From Lytechinus pictus (Eukaryota): a stretch of DNA of 64,000 nt. The stretch spans positions 6,946,001 to 7,010,000 of the forward strand of contig NC_087250.1 of NCBI RefSeq assembly GCF_037042905.1. The letters are read 5' to 3'. The translations under genes and the position numbers were made by a program. Under the pieces are notes generated by a model, which saw nothing but the letters and a program-made list of their open reading frames with translations, was not told the origin of the DNA and ran no database searches. Of the stretch, positions 25,113-36,589 are shown piece after piece. The stretch's first letter is position 1, and each line of letters begins with the position of its first letter.

Positions 25113-26899
25113 TATGTCCATATGGCAAATACCCCTCCAATATTATTATCTTTTTTACCCCATGATGGTTTAATGGTTTTATTAGAGATTACATTCAACA
25201 AATTTTTGACATTCCATCTTAATCCCTTCCCAAAGACCCCAACATTGATGAATTGGAAGAAACGGGGTTTCTCTTCAATGCTATAATAAGGACATAAGTA
25301 TTTTGTTTGGAAATGGTGAACTGGCTCTTTAATTGCATTTTATGATTCAATAATATTATTTTATTTGTTAAGCGGTATTTTTGGAAGAATTTTCACCAAT
25401 AAAACAATTATCTCTTGTGATTTTTTTTTTCATTTTTTTCGTAAAAAGTGGGGGGATGTTTGTACAGGCCATCCCCCCTCCTCGAAAAGTGGGGGGATAT
25501 ATCCCCCCATCCCCCCCCCCCGGGATTTACGCTGTACACACACGCGACCACAGGTTTTACAAACCCACCCTGAACAAGTCTTATCCTTTGGTCAAATCTA
25601 TACCCTATTCAAGTAATTTCGCGTGCATTTTTGACAATTTTGCCTCCTAAACAAGTGTAACTCTTAAAGCAGATACGAACCAATGGCGCGCTCGAGTCCT
25701 CAACTACTCATACCTGGCCAGTTTCTTGACCCATATATAACGCCAGTGTATTCTAGTAATATATACCCACTTGAATGATAACATGCTAATTAATTTCTCA
25801 ATACATAATTTATACCGCAATAATTGTGTTACTAAGTAGCAAAACAATTACTTTTCCTCTCAAAACATTTTTATTTTTCTATACAAATACAATTATAGGT
25901 CAATCTATTCTCTGTAGCACTGGCGTAAATCCCGGGGGGGATGGGGGGATATATCCCCCCACTTTTCGAGGAGGGGGGGATGGCCTGTACAAACATCCCC
26001 CCCCCACTTTTTACGAAAGAAATAAAAAAAAAATCACAAGAGATAATTGTTTTATTGGTGAAAATTCTTCCTAAAATACCGCTTAACAAATAAAACAATA
26101 TTATTGAATCATAAAATGCAAATAAAGAGCCAGTTCACCATTTCCAAACGAAATACTTATGTCCTTATTATAACATTGAAGAGAAATCCCCGTTTCTTCC
26201 AATTCATCAATGTTGGGGTCTTTGGGAAGGGATTAAGATGGAATGTCAATTTTTTTTCAATGTAATCTCTAATAAAACAATTAAACCATCATGGGGTAAA
26301 AAGATAATAATATTGGAGGGGTATTTGCCATATGGACATACAGTGGCGTAACTACGGGGGGGGGGGGGGCATGGGGGGCACATGCTCCCCCCCCCCCCCC
26401 CCCCCCCCCATCGGCTGACCAAAACAAAAACGGGGAAATGGGGAAAAATAGAAAAGAGGGAGAAAGGAAGAGAAACGTAGTGGGAAAGAAGAAAATATTA
26501 TTCATTATAATTATAATTATGTTACACACAGAAAAATTAGGGTACATTTGGGGTACATTTCGAGACATTATCACCCACGCGATCATATTGTACCCTTGGG
26601 GTACTGGTTTTTAGCCAAGAACAGCGGATTCTTGCGAGGGGTATAATTTTGAACCTTTCTTGTGTTAAGATTAGTGTGGTTTCCAGACCCATACATAAGC
26701 TTTATATTACATAAATATTAGATAATTCAATTCCCAATGTATGATTAACGCATTAAACATGAATATATATTATTTACTATGCGATTTAGCCCTAAGATAG
26801 TGTCATTCTTGGTAGAATATTTAATACTGTTCAAATTAAAATAAGAATCATCCTTAAATGGGTTTTAAAGATAAGACCATGCCGTCAACTTTGCCGCCA

Positions 26900-27010
26900 A
26901 CTTTGAGCCGGCGTGCAAGACGCTCGTGCAAGCTGTGAACGGTGGACGCTCGTGCAAGCTGTGAACGGTGGTGCAATTTCTCTGGAAATCATTGTCAAAT
27001 CCGTCTAAAA
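26900..27010 (+). other. Predicted leader exon of EnSpm transcripts; supplies the A of the ORF2 ATG
   Basis: Consensus donor AAAA|GTGAGT at 27011; CpG-containing region near the left TIR; 5' boundary is a guess. Confidence 0.6.
26919..26970 (+). repeat. Perfect 26-bp tandem duplication in the presumed promoter/leader of the EnSpm element
   Basis: GACGCTCGTGCAAGCTGTGAACGGTG x2. Confidence 0.9.
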
Positions 27011-27470
27011 GTGAGTATTTTCAGCCGCTTAGCATCTATTCTCTATGTTATCATAATTTTGCCAGAATATTGATCTTTTACCTGCAAATTTTTCCAGTTA
27101 TGAGTAGCGAAACTGCCACGAACGGACGCTGGTTAGAAATTCTGACCAGTCCCACTCCTTCATTTTCGTTGTGGTGCGACTAACGTGAATCGAGACATAA
27201 AAATTACTAATTACCACTTTGACACTTATTTTTCAACTTCTTTAGTTAATTTCCTTCTGGCCAGAGCAGAGAAACTAAAAAATTGAGGAATTTAACAATG
27301 AGAGTGTGCATTTAACGTGGAATCTAAATAAATATGCTACATTATAACTTACATAGCCATATGGCATATGTGTAACTGCAACTGTTAGTCATTGGATGAT
27401 ACATTTTCATGATTTTATAATTTTCGTTCATCAGTTTGTTTATCATTTGACCAGAACGGTAATTATTGTC

Positions 27471-29945
27471 ATGTTTCCTCAACCTTTGCCATTTCGATGC
27501 CCATTGTGTGGTATCCATTTACGGTCTCTGCAAAGACTGCTAAGTCATGTAGGCGCAGTTCATCAGCATGAGCCCAACCTTTATATCACATGCAATATAC
27601 AGGGTTGCGTACAAGGGTTTAGCAAATTCCATTCCTATCGATCACATATGTATAGAAAGCATCGATTATTCCTTGATCTTGAAGAGAACCCTAACCACTT
27701 AGCCCAGGAAAATGATGAACAGCATTCTGGTGATGAACTTGAAAATTATGGTCACGTGCTTGATGATGTGCAACTGGGAGAAAGAGATCGTAGTTCAAAC
27801 AGGGAAATGCTACAAAAGCATTTGGCAATGTTTGCTCTTAAAACTAGGGAGAAATATAATCTCCCTAGAGTAGTTGTACAAGATATCATGAGTAGTGTAC
27901 GTTCTCTCGTGTCATTTGTAAATGAGTCCCATACAAGTACCACAGATCACGAAGGTCCTTATAATTTTCCTGCATGTCGAGAACCAGAAGATGAACTCAA
28001 TGATCTTACATGTGATACAATCTTTGAGTCGATTGGGTCCGATTTTCTTCTTGAGAAATATTGCAAGGCCAATTTAGGTTTGATAGAATCTCACGAAAAG
28101 ATCTTAGGTGAAGAATTGGTAAATGGTCGGCCGGTCAAACATACAATGCAGTATGTTCCCATTCTTGAGGTGTTAAAACAATACCTTGGCCAGGAAGATG
28201 TATGGGCTAGTATGAATGCCAACTTCATGGAGGTTTCTGATCCTGATATATTAGCAGGATATAAAGCTGGGGCTCATTTCCAGAGTAGTGAATTTTACTC
28301 TGCCCATCCACATGCATTGAGGATTGTGTTGTACACTGACGAGTTCGAAATTGTCAACCCATTGGGGGCAAAACGTGGTCAGCAAAAGTTGCTTGCAGTG
28401 TACTACATGGTGGAAAATATTGAGGCTCAATATCGATCAACCTTGTCAAATATCCATCTTGCTCTCCTTGTTAGGAACAAAATCGCTCAAAAATATGGAT
28501 ATGAAGGGATACTTAAACCCCTCATCACTGACCTAAAGATTCTGGAAAAAGATGGCATCTTCATAAATGTGAATGGCACAACGCATCACCGCCTTGGTTC
28601 TGTCATTGCAATGTGTGGTGACAATCTCTCGGCTCATGCTGTTGGTGGGTTTTCCAGTTGTTTCAATTCTGGGCGTATTTGTAGGCACTGTATGGCATTG
28701 AAACCTGAGATCTGCACAAAATTTGAAGAAAGTCAGTTTGTTCTCCGAACCACAGAAGTACATGCATATCATTTAAATGCCATTAAAGCAGACAGTCACA
28801 ATTGTTCTGTTTATGGTGTTTATCGTCCATGTGTTCTCGATGAATTGCGATATTTTGATGTTACAAAGTGTTTACCCCCTGATCCCATGCATGATCTGCT
28901 TGAGGGAGTTGTCCATCATGTGATAAGAGTTGTCCTCAAAGAGTTATTGACACAACGATGTTTGAATTTTTCCAGTAGTAAACTGCAGAAGAAAATGGAA
29001 GAATTTAAATATGGTAGAAATGATGCAATGAGCAAGCCCGTTGTAATTCAGGCCAAAAATGTGAAGCACAATGAGCCCAATATAGTTGGTTCTGCGTCAC
29101 AGAAACTATGCTTGTTCAGGCTATTGCCTTTTTTGATAGGTGAATTTGTGCCTGAAGATGCAGATATATGGGAGCTTTATCTTTCTTGCAGAGAGATTGT
29201 GGATATTTGCCTCTCACCCATTGTAAAGAAATCATGGCTTCCATATCTGCAGCAAGAGGTAATCGATCTAAGTGAATTGTTTGCAAAATATTCACAAGAT
29301 CAATATCCTTGCAAACTTCATTATTTGATCCATTACCACAGACATCTTTCAGACTTTGGACCTCTTAGAAACTTTTGGTGTATGAGATTTGAATCTAAGC
29401 ACCAATATTTCAAGAATCTATCGTCTGTGGTCCGTAACTTTAGAAATGTTGCCTTAACCCTGACAACACGTCATCAGTCTCTCCAATGTTGGCAAATGAA
29501 TGCAGGGTCATTTTTCCAGCAGCAAGAGAGTGCTCTTAGTAATTGCAGACAGATTTCAGTGCTTAAACTGCCTCGTGCTCTCCAAAGAGTTTTGACTGAA
29601 ATGAGTCTTGTCCACGAAGGCAATTTGTGGAAGACAAATTCTGTGCAAGTAAATTCCATGACTTATCAAGATGATGATGTTATCATCATAGATATAAAGC
29701 ATGAAGAAATTCCTGTCTTTGGGAAGGTTAAGCATATTTTACAATGTGACACACATTGGTATATATGCATCAAGGAGTTTGATACGTGCAGATTTAACAG
29801 GCATCTTCATGCATATGAAATTGGTGTAACAGAAAGATGGAGTGTGATGAAGGCAGGACCAAGAAGGGATTTCCAGAGTCTTAGTCTTTATGAGATAGAT
29901 GACAAGTGCATGGTATCGTTGAAACATAGACCTTTGTTGTTGTAA
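27471..29945 (+). CDS. EnSpm/CACTA-type DDE transposase with two N-terminal C2H2 zinc fingers (824 aa from the second Met; ORF open from 27396)
   Basis: CPLC..H...H and CNIQGC..H...H fingers; YTDEFEIVNPLG (D1), MCGDNL (D2), CRHC, DPMHDLLEG, KLHYLIH, WCMRFESKH (E) are CMC signature motifs; no stops or frameshifts. Confidence 0.92.
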   Translation: MFPQPLPFRCPLCGIHLRSLQRLLSHVGAVHQHEPNLYITCNIQGCVQGFSKFHSYRSHMYRKHRLFLDLEENPNHLAQENDEQHSGDELENYGHVLDDVQLGERDRSSNREMLQKHLAMFALKTREKYNLPRVVVQDIMSSVRSLVSFVNESHTSTTDHEGPYNFPACREPEDELNDLTCDTIFESIGSDFLLEKYCKANLGLIESHEKILGEELVNGRPVKHTMQYVPILEVLKQYLGQEDVWASMNANFMEVSDPDILAGYKAGAHFQSSEFYSAHPHALRIVLYTDEFEIVNPLGAKRGQQKLLAVYYMVENIEAQYRSTLSNIHLALLVRNKIAQKYGYEGILKPLITDLKILEKDGIFINVNGTTHHRLGSVIAMCGDNLSAHAVGGFSSCFNSGRICRHCMALKPEICTKFEESQFVLRTTEVHAYHLNAIKADSHNCSVYGVYRPCVLDELRYFDVTKCLPPDPMHDLLEGVVHHVIRVVLKELLTQRCLNFSSSKLQKKMEEFKYGRNDAMSKPVVIQAKNVKHNEPNIVGSASQKLCLFRLLPFLIGEFVPEDADIWELYLSCREIVDICLSPIVKKSWLPYLQQEVIDLSELFAKYSQDQYPCKLHYLIHYHRHLSDFGPLRNFWCMRFESKHQYFKNLSSVVRNFRNVALTLTTRHQSLQCWQMNAGSFFQQQESALSNCRQISVLKLPRALQRVLTEMSLVHEGNLWKTNSVQVNSMTYQDDDVIIIDIKHEEIPVFGKVKHILQCDTHWYICIKEFDTCRFNRHLHAYEIGVTERWSVMKAGPRRDFQSLSLYEIDDKCMVSLKHRPLLL

Positions 29946-31013
29946 GGAAAATTGAATCTTGCCCTCTATTAACCTATTTTCAGCATTTCATGCAATTATT
30001 GCTATTTTTGTGGTGTGTTCAGAAAACAGTAGAGGTCCTGTGCTGTCCAGTTTCTTTTTAGGTTTCTAGTAGTTTTTTTTTTCTCTCCTTCTTTATATAC
30101 TTTTTCGTTTATCTCATACATGTGTCATTTGTCTCTGACAAAGGTTCTGCTAGGACTGACTGCTCAGGCTCTTTTACTTCGTGTTTTTCCAATTAACATA
30201 TATTGTATTTTGTGGTTCTATAATGGCTACAATTTAAATGCTCATCTCACCTAGCAAAGAAGATTTTTTTTTAATAGTCTAGATACTGAGTCTGAATAAG
30301 TATCTAACATATTTTCCAATGCGTTCAAGTAGTTTTGCTACTCTCTAAATGGTAAATTAACAATTGAATGAATAAATTAATGTATATATAGAGAGAGATG
30401 TAGGTTGATTATACAGCCACTATCATGGCAATTTTGGGGTGAGAGTGCATCGACCCAGCTTGTCAGTTGGTCATCTCTAAGCCGGCTAAAAGGTATGTAT
30501 AATCCTCTCTGAATGTCAGTGTGATACGATTTTGATGTTGATAGTGTGAAATTCACAAATTTGTCATGAATAGTGGAGGTGTCGTGGTCTAGATGTGAAT
30601 TCCTGGGACTTTCTGGCAAGAAATTTTACTACATCTGCCACTTTCACCCAGGTGCTATTTGGGGACCAGAAAAAAACTTACCTGCACGGGCTTAAAGGCT
30701 CGCTCCGGCCAAGAAATATCTTGCTTTGATTAGAAGCAGAAAAATCATACGAATGGATTTTTTCTTCTGTCTCAAAGACGGGGGAAGGTGGGGGAAGGGG
30801 GAGTAGATAGAGGAAGTAGCATTTCATGAAATAACCCTTCTCATGGGATATTACATTCTATGGCAGATATTTCACAATCAACCATAGATACAATTCTTTT
30901 GCGTGGCAACAGAGATCACAATATTTCTGGTTATTTTCTCAAGTGGGCGAGACACAATATTGCTAATGCCTTGTTATTCTAATAATATTATAATAATAAT
31001 ATTGTTATTATTA

Positions 31014-31057
<44 letters not shown>

Positions 31058-31231
31058 GTTAGCAGTGTTATTTATTGATAATTACTGTCATTGTTCATGG
31101 CTACTCTATATAATAAGTGCAGTACAACAAACAATAATACTTCTCAGATATTTTGCGCACTGTTTTGCTTCAACAATACACCCAATCAAGACAATCAATG
31201 ACATATCGTGCATATTTCTTTCTTCCTTTAG

Positions 31232-31517
31232 TGTTGCAGTATCATGTTTCTTGTGGGACTTCAAAGAAGCAGGTTATCATTGAAGAAAATGCCACAATTG
31301 ATGACTTGAGGGTGAAGATTGCCTCCAAATTTAACATGAGGAGACCCGACAGCCTGCAGGTCTTCAATAAAGACTTTGGTGACTGGCTGGACCTGGAAGA
31401 AGAGGATGAACTTCCTCCAACAATGTCAAGGGTGAAGGTTTTGGATGACCCAAACGAGGACACAGAAGACAAAGCGAGTTCTGATATCCATGAAGACAGG
31501 GAGGTCCCATCAAGACA
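31232..31517 (+). CDS. EnSpm ORF2 (SAMD3-like accessory protein) exon 2, PB1/ubiquitin-like N-terminus
   Basis: Pyrimidine tract + AG at 31230-31231; LQYHVSCGTSKKQVII...LQVFNKDFGDWLDL; donor CA|GTAGGT, phase 2. Confidence 0.78.
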
Positions 31518-31814
31518 GTAGGTTATTTTTTGTCTGTTCTGTATGCATATTATGTTGACGTTATCCGCATATATTGTTCATCTTTTCCATTTTAATGCGT
31601 GAGGCAAACGCCTGGAGTAGTAAATGTCATAGACTTATATTTTTCCTCATGTTTCTTTTAATCGGATTGTAATTTATTCACTCAATGATTTATTTCTATT
31701 ATTGTAAATCAATTAAGCATTTGGCTGATTTTTATATACACGAGATGTTGTTATTGCCATTAATATTATTAGTATTATTATCATTATAATTGTTATCATC
31801 ATCTTTTTGCGCAG

Positions 31815-32012
31815 GACTTCAGTCGCTTCCACATGTCCTCAGACGCTGACATCTGAAGGAGCAAGGAGCAGCTTTTTTGTAAATTTTAAAGTGCCTGAAA
31901 TGCCCCACGATGTGCAAAAACTCTTAAATGACAACAACAAGGCTGTTCTGGAAAGGAAGTGGAGGAGAAAAATTGTGTCGCATCTGTATGACAACATGGT
32001 TCAAGTGGCAGT
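31815..32012 (+). CDS. EnSpm ORF2 exon 3
   Basis: TTTTTGCGCAG| acceptor, GT|GTAAGT donor; FKVPEMPHDV...RRKIVSHLYDNM; phases match neighbours. Confidence 0.8.
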
Positions 32013-32606
32013 GTAAGTTTGCGTTAAAATTTGTCTTTCTCCTCAGTGAGTTTTCATTATTAGGACATATATTGGCTCAATCAGCGCCCGAACCCTACAA
32101 TAATCTATAATAAACCATATAAAGCTTATTATAACCCTACAATATTAAGTCTGTATTGAACAAAATATATATTGCTTGGTTTGTGTACATATTCAAACAT
32201 TTGTATCATTATTATACATGTATACGGGCAATTCCGTAAACTGATCAACCTTTTGTACGTCCGACCTCACTTTTCTGCTATTTTACTTTGCTATTTCACT
32301 ATTTGGGCCATCATCATGAAAGACCATTACACCGAGTTTGCAAATCAGATATGAATGATGGAAAGTTAATTTATGAAGGCCCTGTATGCAGGGGATCAGC
32401 TGTACATAATTTATAGATTTACCAATTTTTTTGTATTGCTTTGATGTACCCTCAAAAATTTAATCGAATCTTGTGCATGTACATTATTATGTTTGGTTCC
32501 TCTCCTCTCTCCCTCTTTCTCTCTCTTTCTTTCTATCTGTGTGTGTGTTTCTGTCTTCTCTTCTTTCTTTCTCTCTCTCTCTCCCTCTCTCTCTCTTTAA
32601 CTACAG

Positions 32607-32700
32607 GTACCCTCATTCATGGGAGTACAATGCTGTGTGCAGTGCACTGATTAACAAGCACCCGATTTTGAAGGATCGAACCATAAATGGTTCGGGATAT
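32607..32700 (+). CDS. EnSpm ORF2 exon 4
   Basis: (CT)n..CTACAG| acceptor, |GTAAGT donor; YPHSWEYNAVCSALINKHPILKDRTINGSGY. Confidence 0.82.
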
Positions 32701-33013
32701 GTAAGTTTTACATGCGCGCATGTGTGTGAGAATAATGATAATGATTCTTGAGATGATAACATATAATAAGTAGTAAATTGTAGTGAACAAATATGCAATA
32801 TTGAAACATTTTTTGTTCTTTTTTTTTCCTTACACATCTTGTGTTTCCTTACACATCTTGTGTTTGCGAGTCTGATACCACTTCAAAATGGAGGAAAAAT
32901 ACCATGAAAAAGATCGATTTTGCACAGATTTGACTGGAACTTGATTGTGTATTATGTGTCAGAATATATAACTTGTTAAATACCTTTTCAATCATTCCAC
33001 TTCATTACGTTAA

Positions 33014-33522
33014 AGCCCAAGTATAGTTTTGGTAAGGATTAAGAAATGTGAATTTTTGGGATATCTACCATGACATATAGTTTTTATACACATTTTAAGA
33101 CCATAGCATTTTTTCTACGAGCTAATTCTTTTGGAAATTTGAATTTGACCGTTAAATCGTATTTAGCGCCCTCTATTGGTTGTAACAATAATTTGCTTCT
33201 TATCGGGCATATACAAAGTTATTTCCAAGACTTGATTAAAGCATGATAAAAAGGAATACACAAAGAATAAATTCTGAAATTTTCATCCAATTCTATGCAT
33301 GAGAAGTTGTCCTTTATCAAGAAAGAAAATATTGAATTCGCATCGGGGGACACGACGCTGAAATATTTTGCACATTTTAGGTTATAACTTTTCCAAAACT
33401 TGTTCATTTTTTGCACAATCTTTTGTACAACATGTTCATGATATCATGTTTCATTTTATACCGATTTGAAGTCAAAATTTGGTGATAAAAAATTTCGCTT
33501 TTACCAAAACTGTACTTGGCCT
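33014..33522. mobile_element. Kolobok-type MITE in an ORF2 intron
   Basis: TTAA|AGCCCAAGTATAGTTTTGGTAA ... TTACCAAAACTGTACTTGGCCT|TTAA. Confidence 0.75.
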
Positions 33523-33526
33523 TTAA

Positions 33527-34281
33527 CCCTAAATAGGCTGGGCTATTTTGAGAGTTCTCAGAGCCGGGGGGGGGGGGGCCTCCCAGGCCCCCCCCCCCCC
33601 CCCCTTCTGTTCTCGGCCGTCGATCGCGCTATCGCCGCGAAAATTTGCACGCGAGTAGAGCATCATGTAAACTACAAATTACCATCGTCAGATTTTCGAA
33701 AAAATACACCGTTTATTTTTAATTAATTAATTATGCTAATTTATGCATAAAAAGGCATTTTGTTCTCTAAATCACAAAATACTAGTGATAGCAAACTAAT
33801 TTTTGGTCTAAGTATTCCTGGTATCATATCTAACAATTCCACATAAAAAAAATTGCACTGACAAATTGAATTTCTTTTTTTTTTTTTTTTTTTCAATTTC
33901 TTGTGTATTTCATTGTTTTTTCGACCTTTTTTTTCTATTGTTTTTTGGGCACAATTTATTACAAATATTTTTTCAAGTATAATTATGCTAATATGAATTG
34001 ATTTCTGCCACTGAAAGCAAAAACATGAATTATTATGTGAATTAATTGAAAAAACACAATTTGCATTGACTTTGTACACAAAAACACGTTTTGGAGCAGT
34101 TTTGAGGCTGACATGCGTGTATAAAATGTTACGTAATTTCGTAACGGTAAGTCCGATTATCATGAAAACGGTTTTAAAAGTTGCGGGAAACTTGAAAGAA
34201 AAAAGTCAGCGAGCCGCGTTATCAGAAATTTTCGTGCAGCGAAACGATCGCGAAATCCGTCGGCCCCCGGCCTAGTTAGGG
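33527..34281. mobile_element. piggyBac-type MITE in an ORF2 intron
   Basis: TTAA|CCCTAAATAGGCTGGG ... CCCGGCCTAGTTAGGG|TTAA. Confidence 0.8.
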
Positions 34282-34369
34282 TTAATGCAGGGTTAATTAT
34301 TAAAATAACCAGGTTTTTTTTTTTAATATGCTGTTATGCTTCATGTCTCACATTATTTTTGCATTGTAG

Positions 34370-34549
34370 GATACAATAAAAGAGTCGCTGAGGACAAAGT
34401 TTAAACACGAGAGAGGGATTCGAACACCATCAACTGATGTAGCCAGGAGGAGGGAGTTGTATGGCCGCAATGGCCCCAGAAAGCGTGCTGAGGACAACGT
34501 GGAAAAGGCCCCATCTCCTGTTAAAAGGAAGAAGCGGGATAGCATTGAG
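34370..34549 (+). CDS. EnSpm ORF2 exon 5 (basic, NLS-like)
   Basis: TTGTAG| acceptor, GAG|GTAAAG donor; DTIKESLRTKFKHER...PVKRKKRDSIE; 180 bp, phase 0/0. Confidence 0.8.
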
Positions 34550-34782
34550 GTAAAGCAACCGTATACTTTTTTAGAGTTATCTGTAGCATCTATCTGGCAT
34601 TTCAATGTTATGACTTATTGTGAAAGAAGCCATCTATTAGATTGTTGGTTGTAATACATGTGTCGATTTATATATAGAAACAAATGAAATTTCAATCTTG
34701 TGTGCCGATGATTTTTCATGTATTCAAGAACTCATGTGACGTTTTGTTTAAAATTAATGTGCTCTTTTTTTTTTTTGTTTAG

Positions 34783-34983
34783 ACCTCACATGGGGGAGAA
34801 GACGAAGCCAGCATCCAAAGACACATCGCGTCATTAAAAGATCTGGCATCCAAGAGGGGCGCAGACCCGTCAATTATTCAGGACAAAATGAAGCGGACGC
34901 GAAGTCATAGACTTTGTTTTATTCAAGCCAATGCTTTGCAGGATGTTCTGAATGAATATCCGATACTGAGGTTTGAAAAACAG
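34783..34983 (+). CDS. EnSpm ORF2 exon 6
   Basis: T-tract..TTTAG| acceptor, CAG|GTTAGT donor; GEDEASIQRHI...KMKRTRSHRL...VLNEYPIL; 201 bp. Confidence 0.82.
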
Positions 34984-35515
34984 GTTAGTACTAAATGTAT
35001 TTCTTTCTTTGATAACATTAAAACTACTACGTACACATCAATCTCTTCGCGCACCAAATCAGATCTTAACGCAACATTGATTATTATTTACTATTAAAAT
35101 TGTACATGTACAAAAAAATATTGAAACTGCAGAGTTATAAATATCGGCTCCTATTTTTCGGAATAAATGGATGAAAATGCAATAGATTATAGATACTGCA
35201 CATCTTCGACCAAGTTAACTACTTTATTCATGTGTGATGTTCGGTTTTCATTTAAGAAATATGGAGGATATTTTGATGAAACTTAATGAAAATTAATCAG
35301 CGCGGATTAATCAAATGAAATCCATGAATTTGATTGGATAAAAAGCATCGTCTCTTACTCTTTAATAAATATTAGTGTCGGAGAATGAGGCTTGTATTGT
35401 TGCTGCAACAAGCCTCATGAAATGCCCTCCAGGCGCTAGTTATAAGTGCGCTATTGATTACCTTCTATGAACATTGGCTCATTTTGTTTAATTTGTGTCC
35501 ATCCATTCTTTTTAG

Positions 35516-35696
35516 CTAATACGTGAGCTTCAAAATACGTATGGGGCAAAGGAAATAGCAGCCGCTATTGCCGAATCGGTTACAGCTAGTGGAGAAGTGA
35601 TTCTCCGAGAAGGATTGAAGGTGCCAGCAGCACAAGAAGTGATCGAGCAATATCAGGACAAAGTTGATGGTGCGACTACAGACAAGCAGAAGAAAG
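35516..35696 (+). CDS. EnSpm ORF2 exon 7
   Basis: TTTTTAG| acceptor, AAG|GTATTT donor; LIRELQNTYG...TTDKQKK; open frame, phase 0/1. Confidence 0.75.
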
Positions 35697-36083
35697 GTAT
35701 TTTGTGCCTCATACCTCCAATTTATTTTATGGTGTAGAGCAGGGGTTCTCAAACTACGGCCCGCGGGCCGGATCCGGCCCGCAGAGCTTCTCTATCCGGC
35801 CCGCGAGACTCTGCTGGGTTTTTTTAATCACTAAAGTCACGATATGAAACAAAGCTCAATATGATTACATTGTGTATCCATGTAGACCTAACCGTAATAA
35901 AAGTAATGGCAGTCAAATTAATTTGACATTTAAACAAAGTTTAGTGGAGTCTTTTCTGTCTGTTCGATCTACTTATTAGATGACCAGCGCTGTTCTCACC
36001 ATGTTTGGATCTACATACAGGTGTGAAAGTGCATTTTCCACAAGGAACATTTTAAAGAACTAACTCATACCGAAGTACCTTGA

Positions 36084-36232
36084 CAGGGGCCGCGGAACGG
36101 TTTTCAAAGTGGGGGGGGGGCGCTGGCCATGCAAAAAATCACAATCTTATGGTCATTTTTACGTTTATATAAATGGTTTTGGAAAAATGTGGGGGGCTGA
36201 AGCCCCCCCCCCCCCCGCTTCCGCGGCCCCTG
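36084..36232. mobile_element. CAGGGGCC-terminus MITE with 5-bp TSD, nested
   Basis: CTTGA|CAGGGGCCGCGGAA...TTCCGCGGCCCCTG|CTTGA; same family as 24637-24816. Confidence 0.78.
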
Positions 36233-36318
36233 CTTGACAAGTGAACATTTGCACCCGTGCCTTCGTCTGGTAATTACACCTTTTGTGCCAAGGTTCAAGC
36301 AACTTATTGCTGACAGAC

Positions 36319-36589
36319 CACTAGCGTACCTACGGGGGGGGGGGGGGCAGGTCGGCACTCTGCCCCCCCTGACGAGCCACAACCCATACAAAAGACATAT
36401 ACCTGCCCCCCCCTGACGAGCTTAAAAGACCTTTTTTGCCCCCCTGACGAGCTTGAAGACCTTTATTGCCCCCCCCCCCCCTGATGAGCTTGAAGACCTT
36501 TTTTTTCTTTTTTTTTTTTTTTTTTTGCTTGTCAAATTTTTTGGCGGCCGATTTTGCCCCCCCTGTGGAAAATCCTAGGTACGCCACTG
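36319..36589. mobile_element. hAT MITE, nested
   Basis: CACTAGCGTACCTA...TAGGTACGCCACTG; 8-bp TSD TGACAGAC; internal GCCCCCCCTGACGAG repeats. Confidence 0.82.

Larger units (their letters stand above)
23894..25534 (+). mobile_element. Composite non-autonomous hAT element, copy A
   Basis: Left TIR CACTGGCGTAAATCC, degenerate right end GGGATTTACGC; homologous in inverted orientation to 25918-26524 plus 42676-43738. Confidence 0.75.

Noticed and set aside
27396..27470. First 25 codons of the 849-aa transposase ORF
   Set aside because: T-rich and resembles an intron 3' end; the zinc finger begins just after Met at 27471, the more plausible start
30425..30445. Alternative ATG mini-exon for ORF2 (ATGGCAATTTTGGG|GTGAGA)
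   Set aside because: Phase 2 donor is incompatible with both acceptors at 31231 (phase 1) and 31239 (phase 0)
30903..31283. 126-aa poly-Leu ORF
   Set aside because: (TTA)n microsatellite in the ORF2 intron
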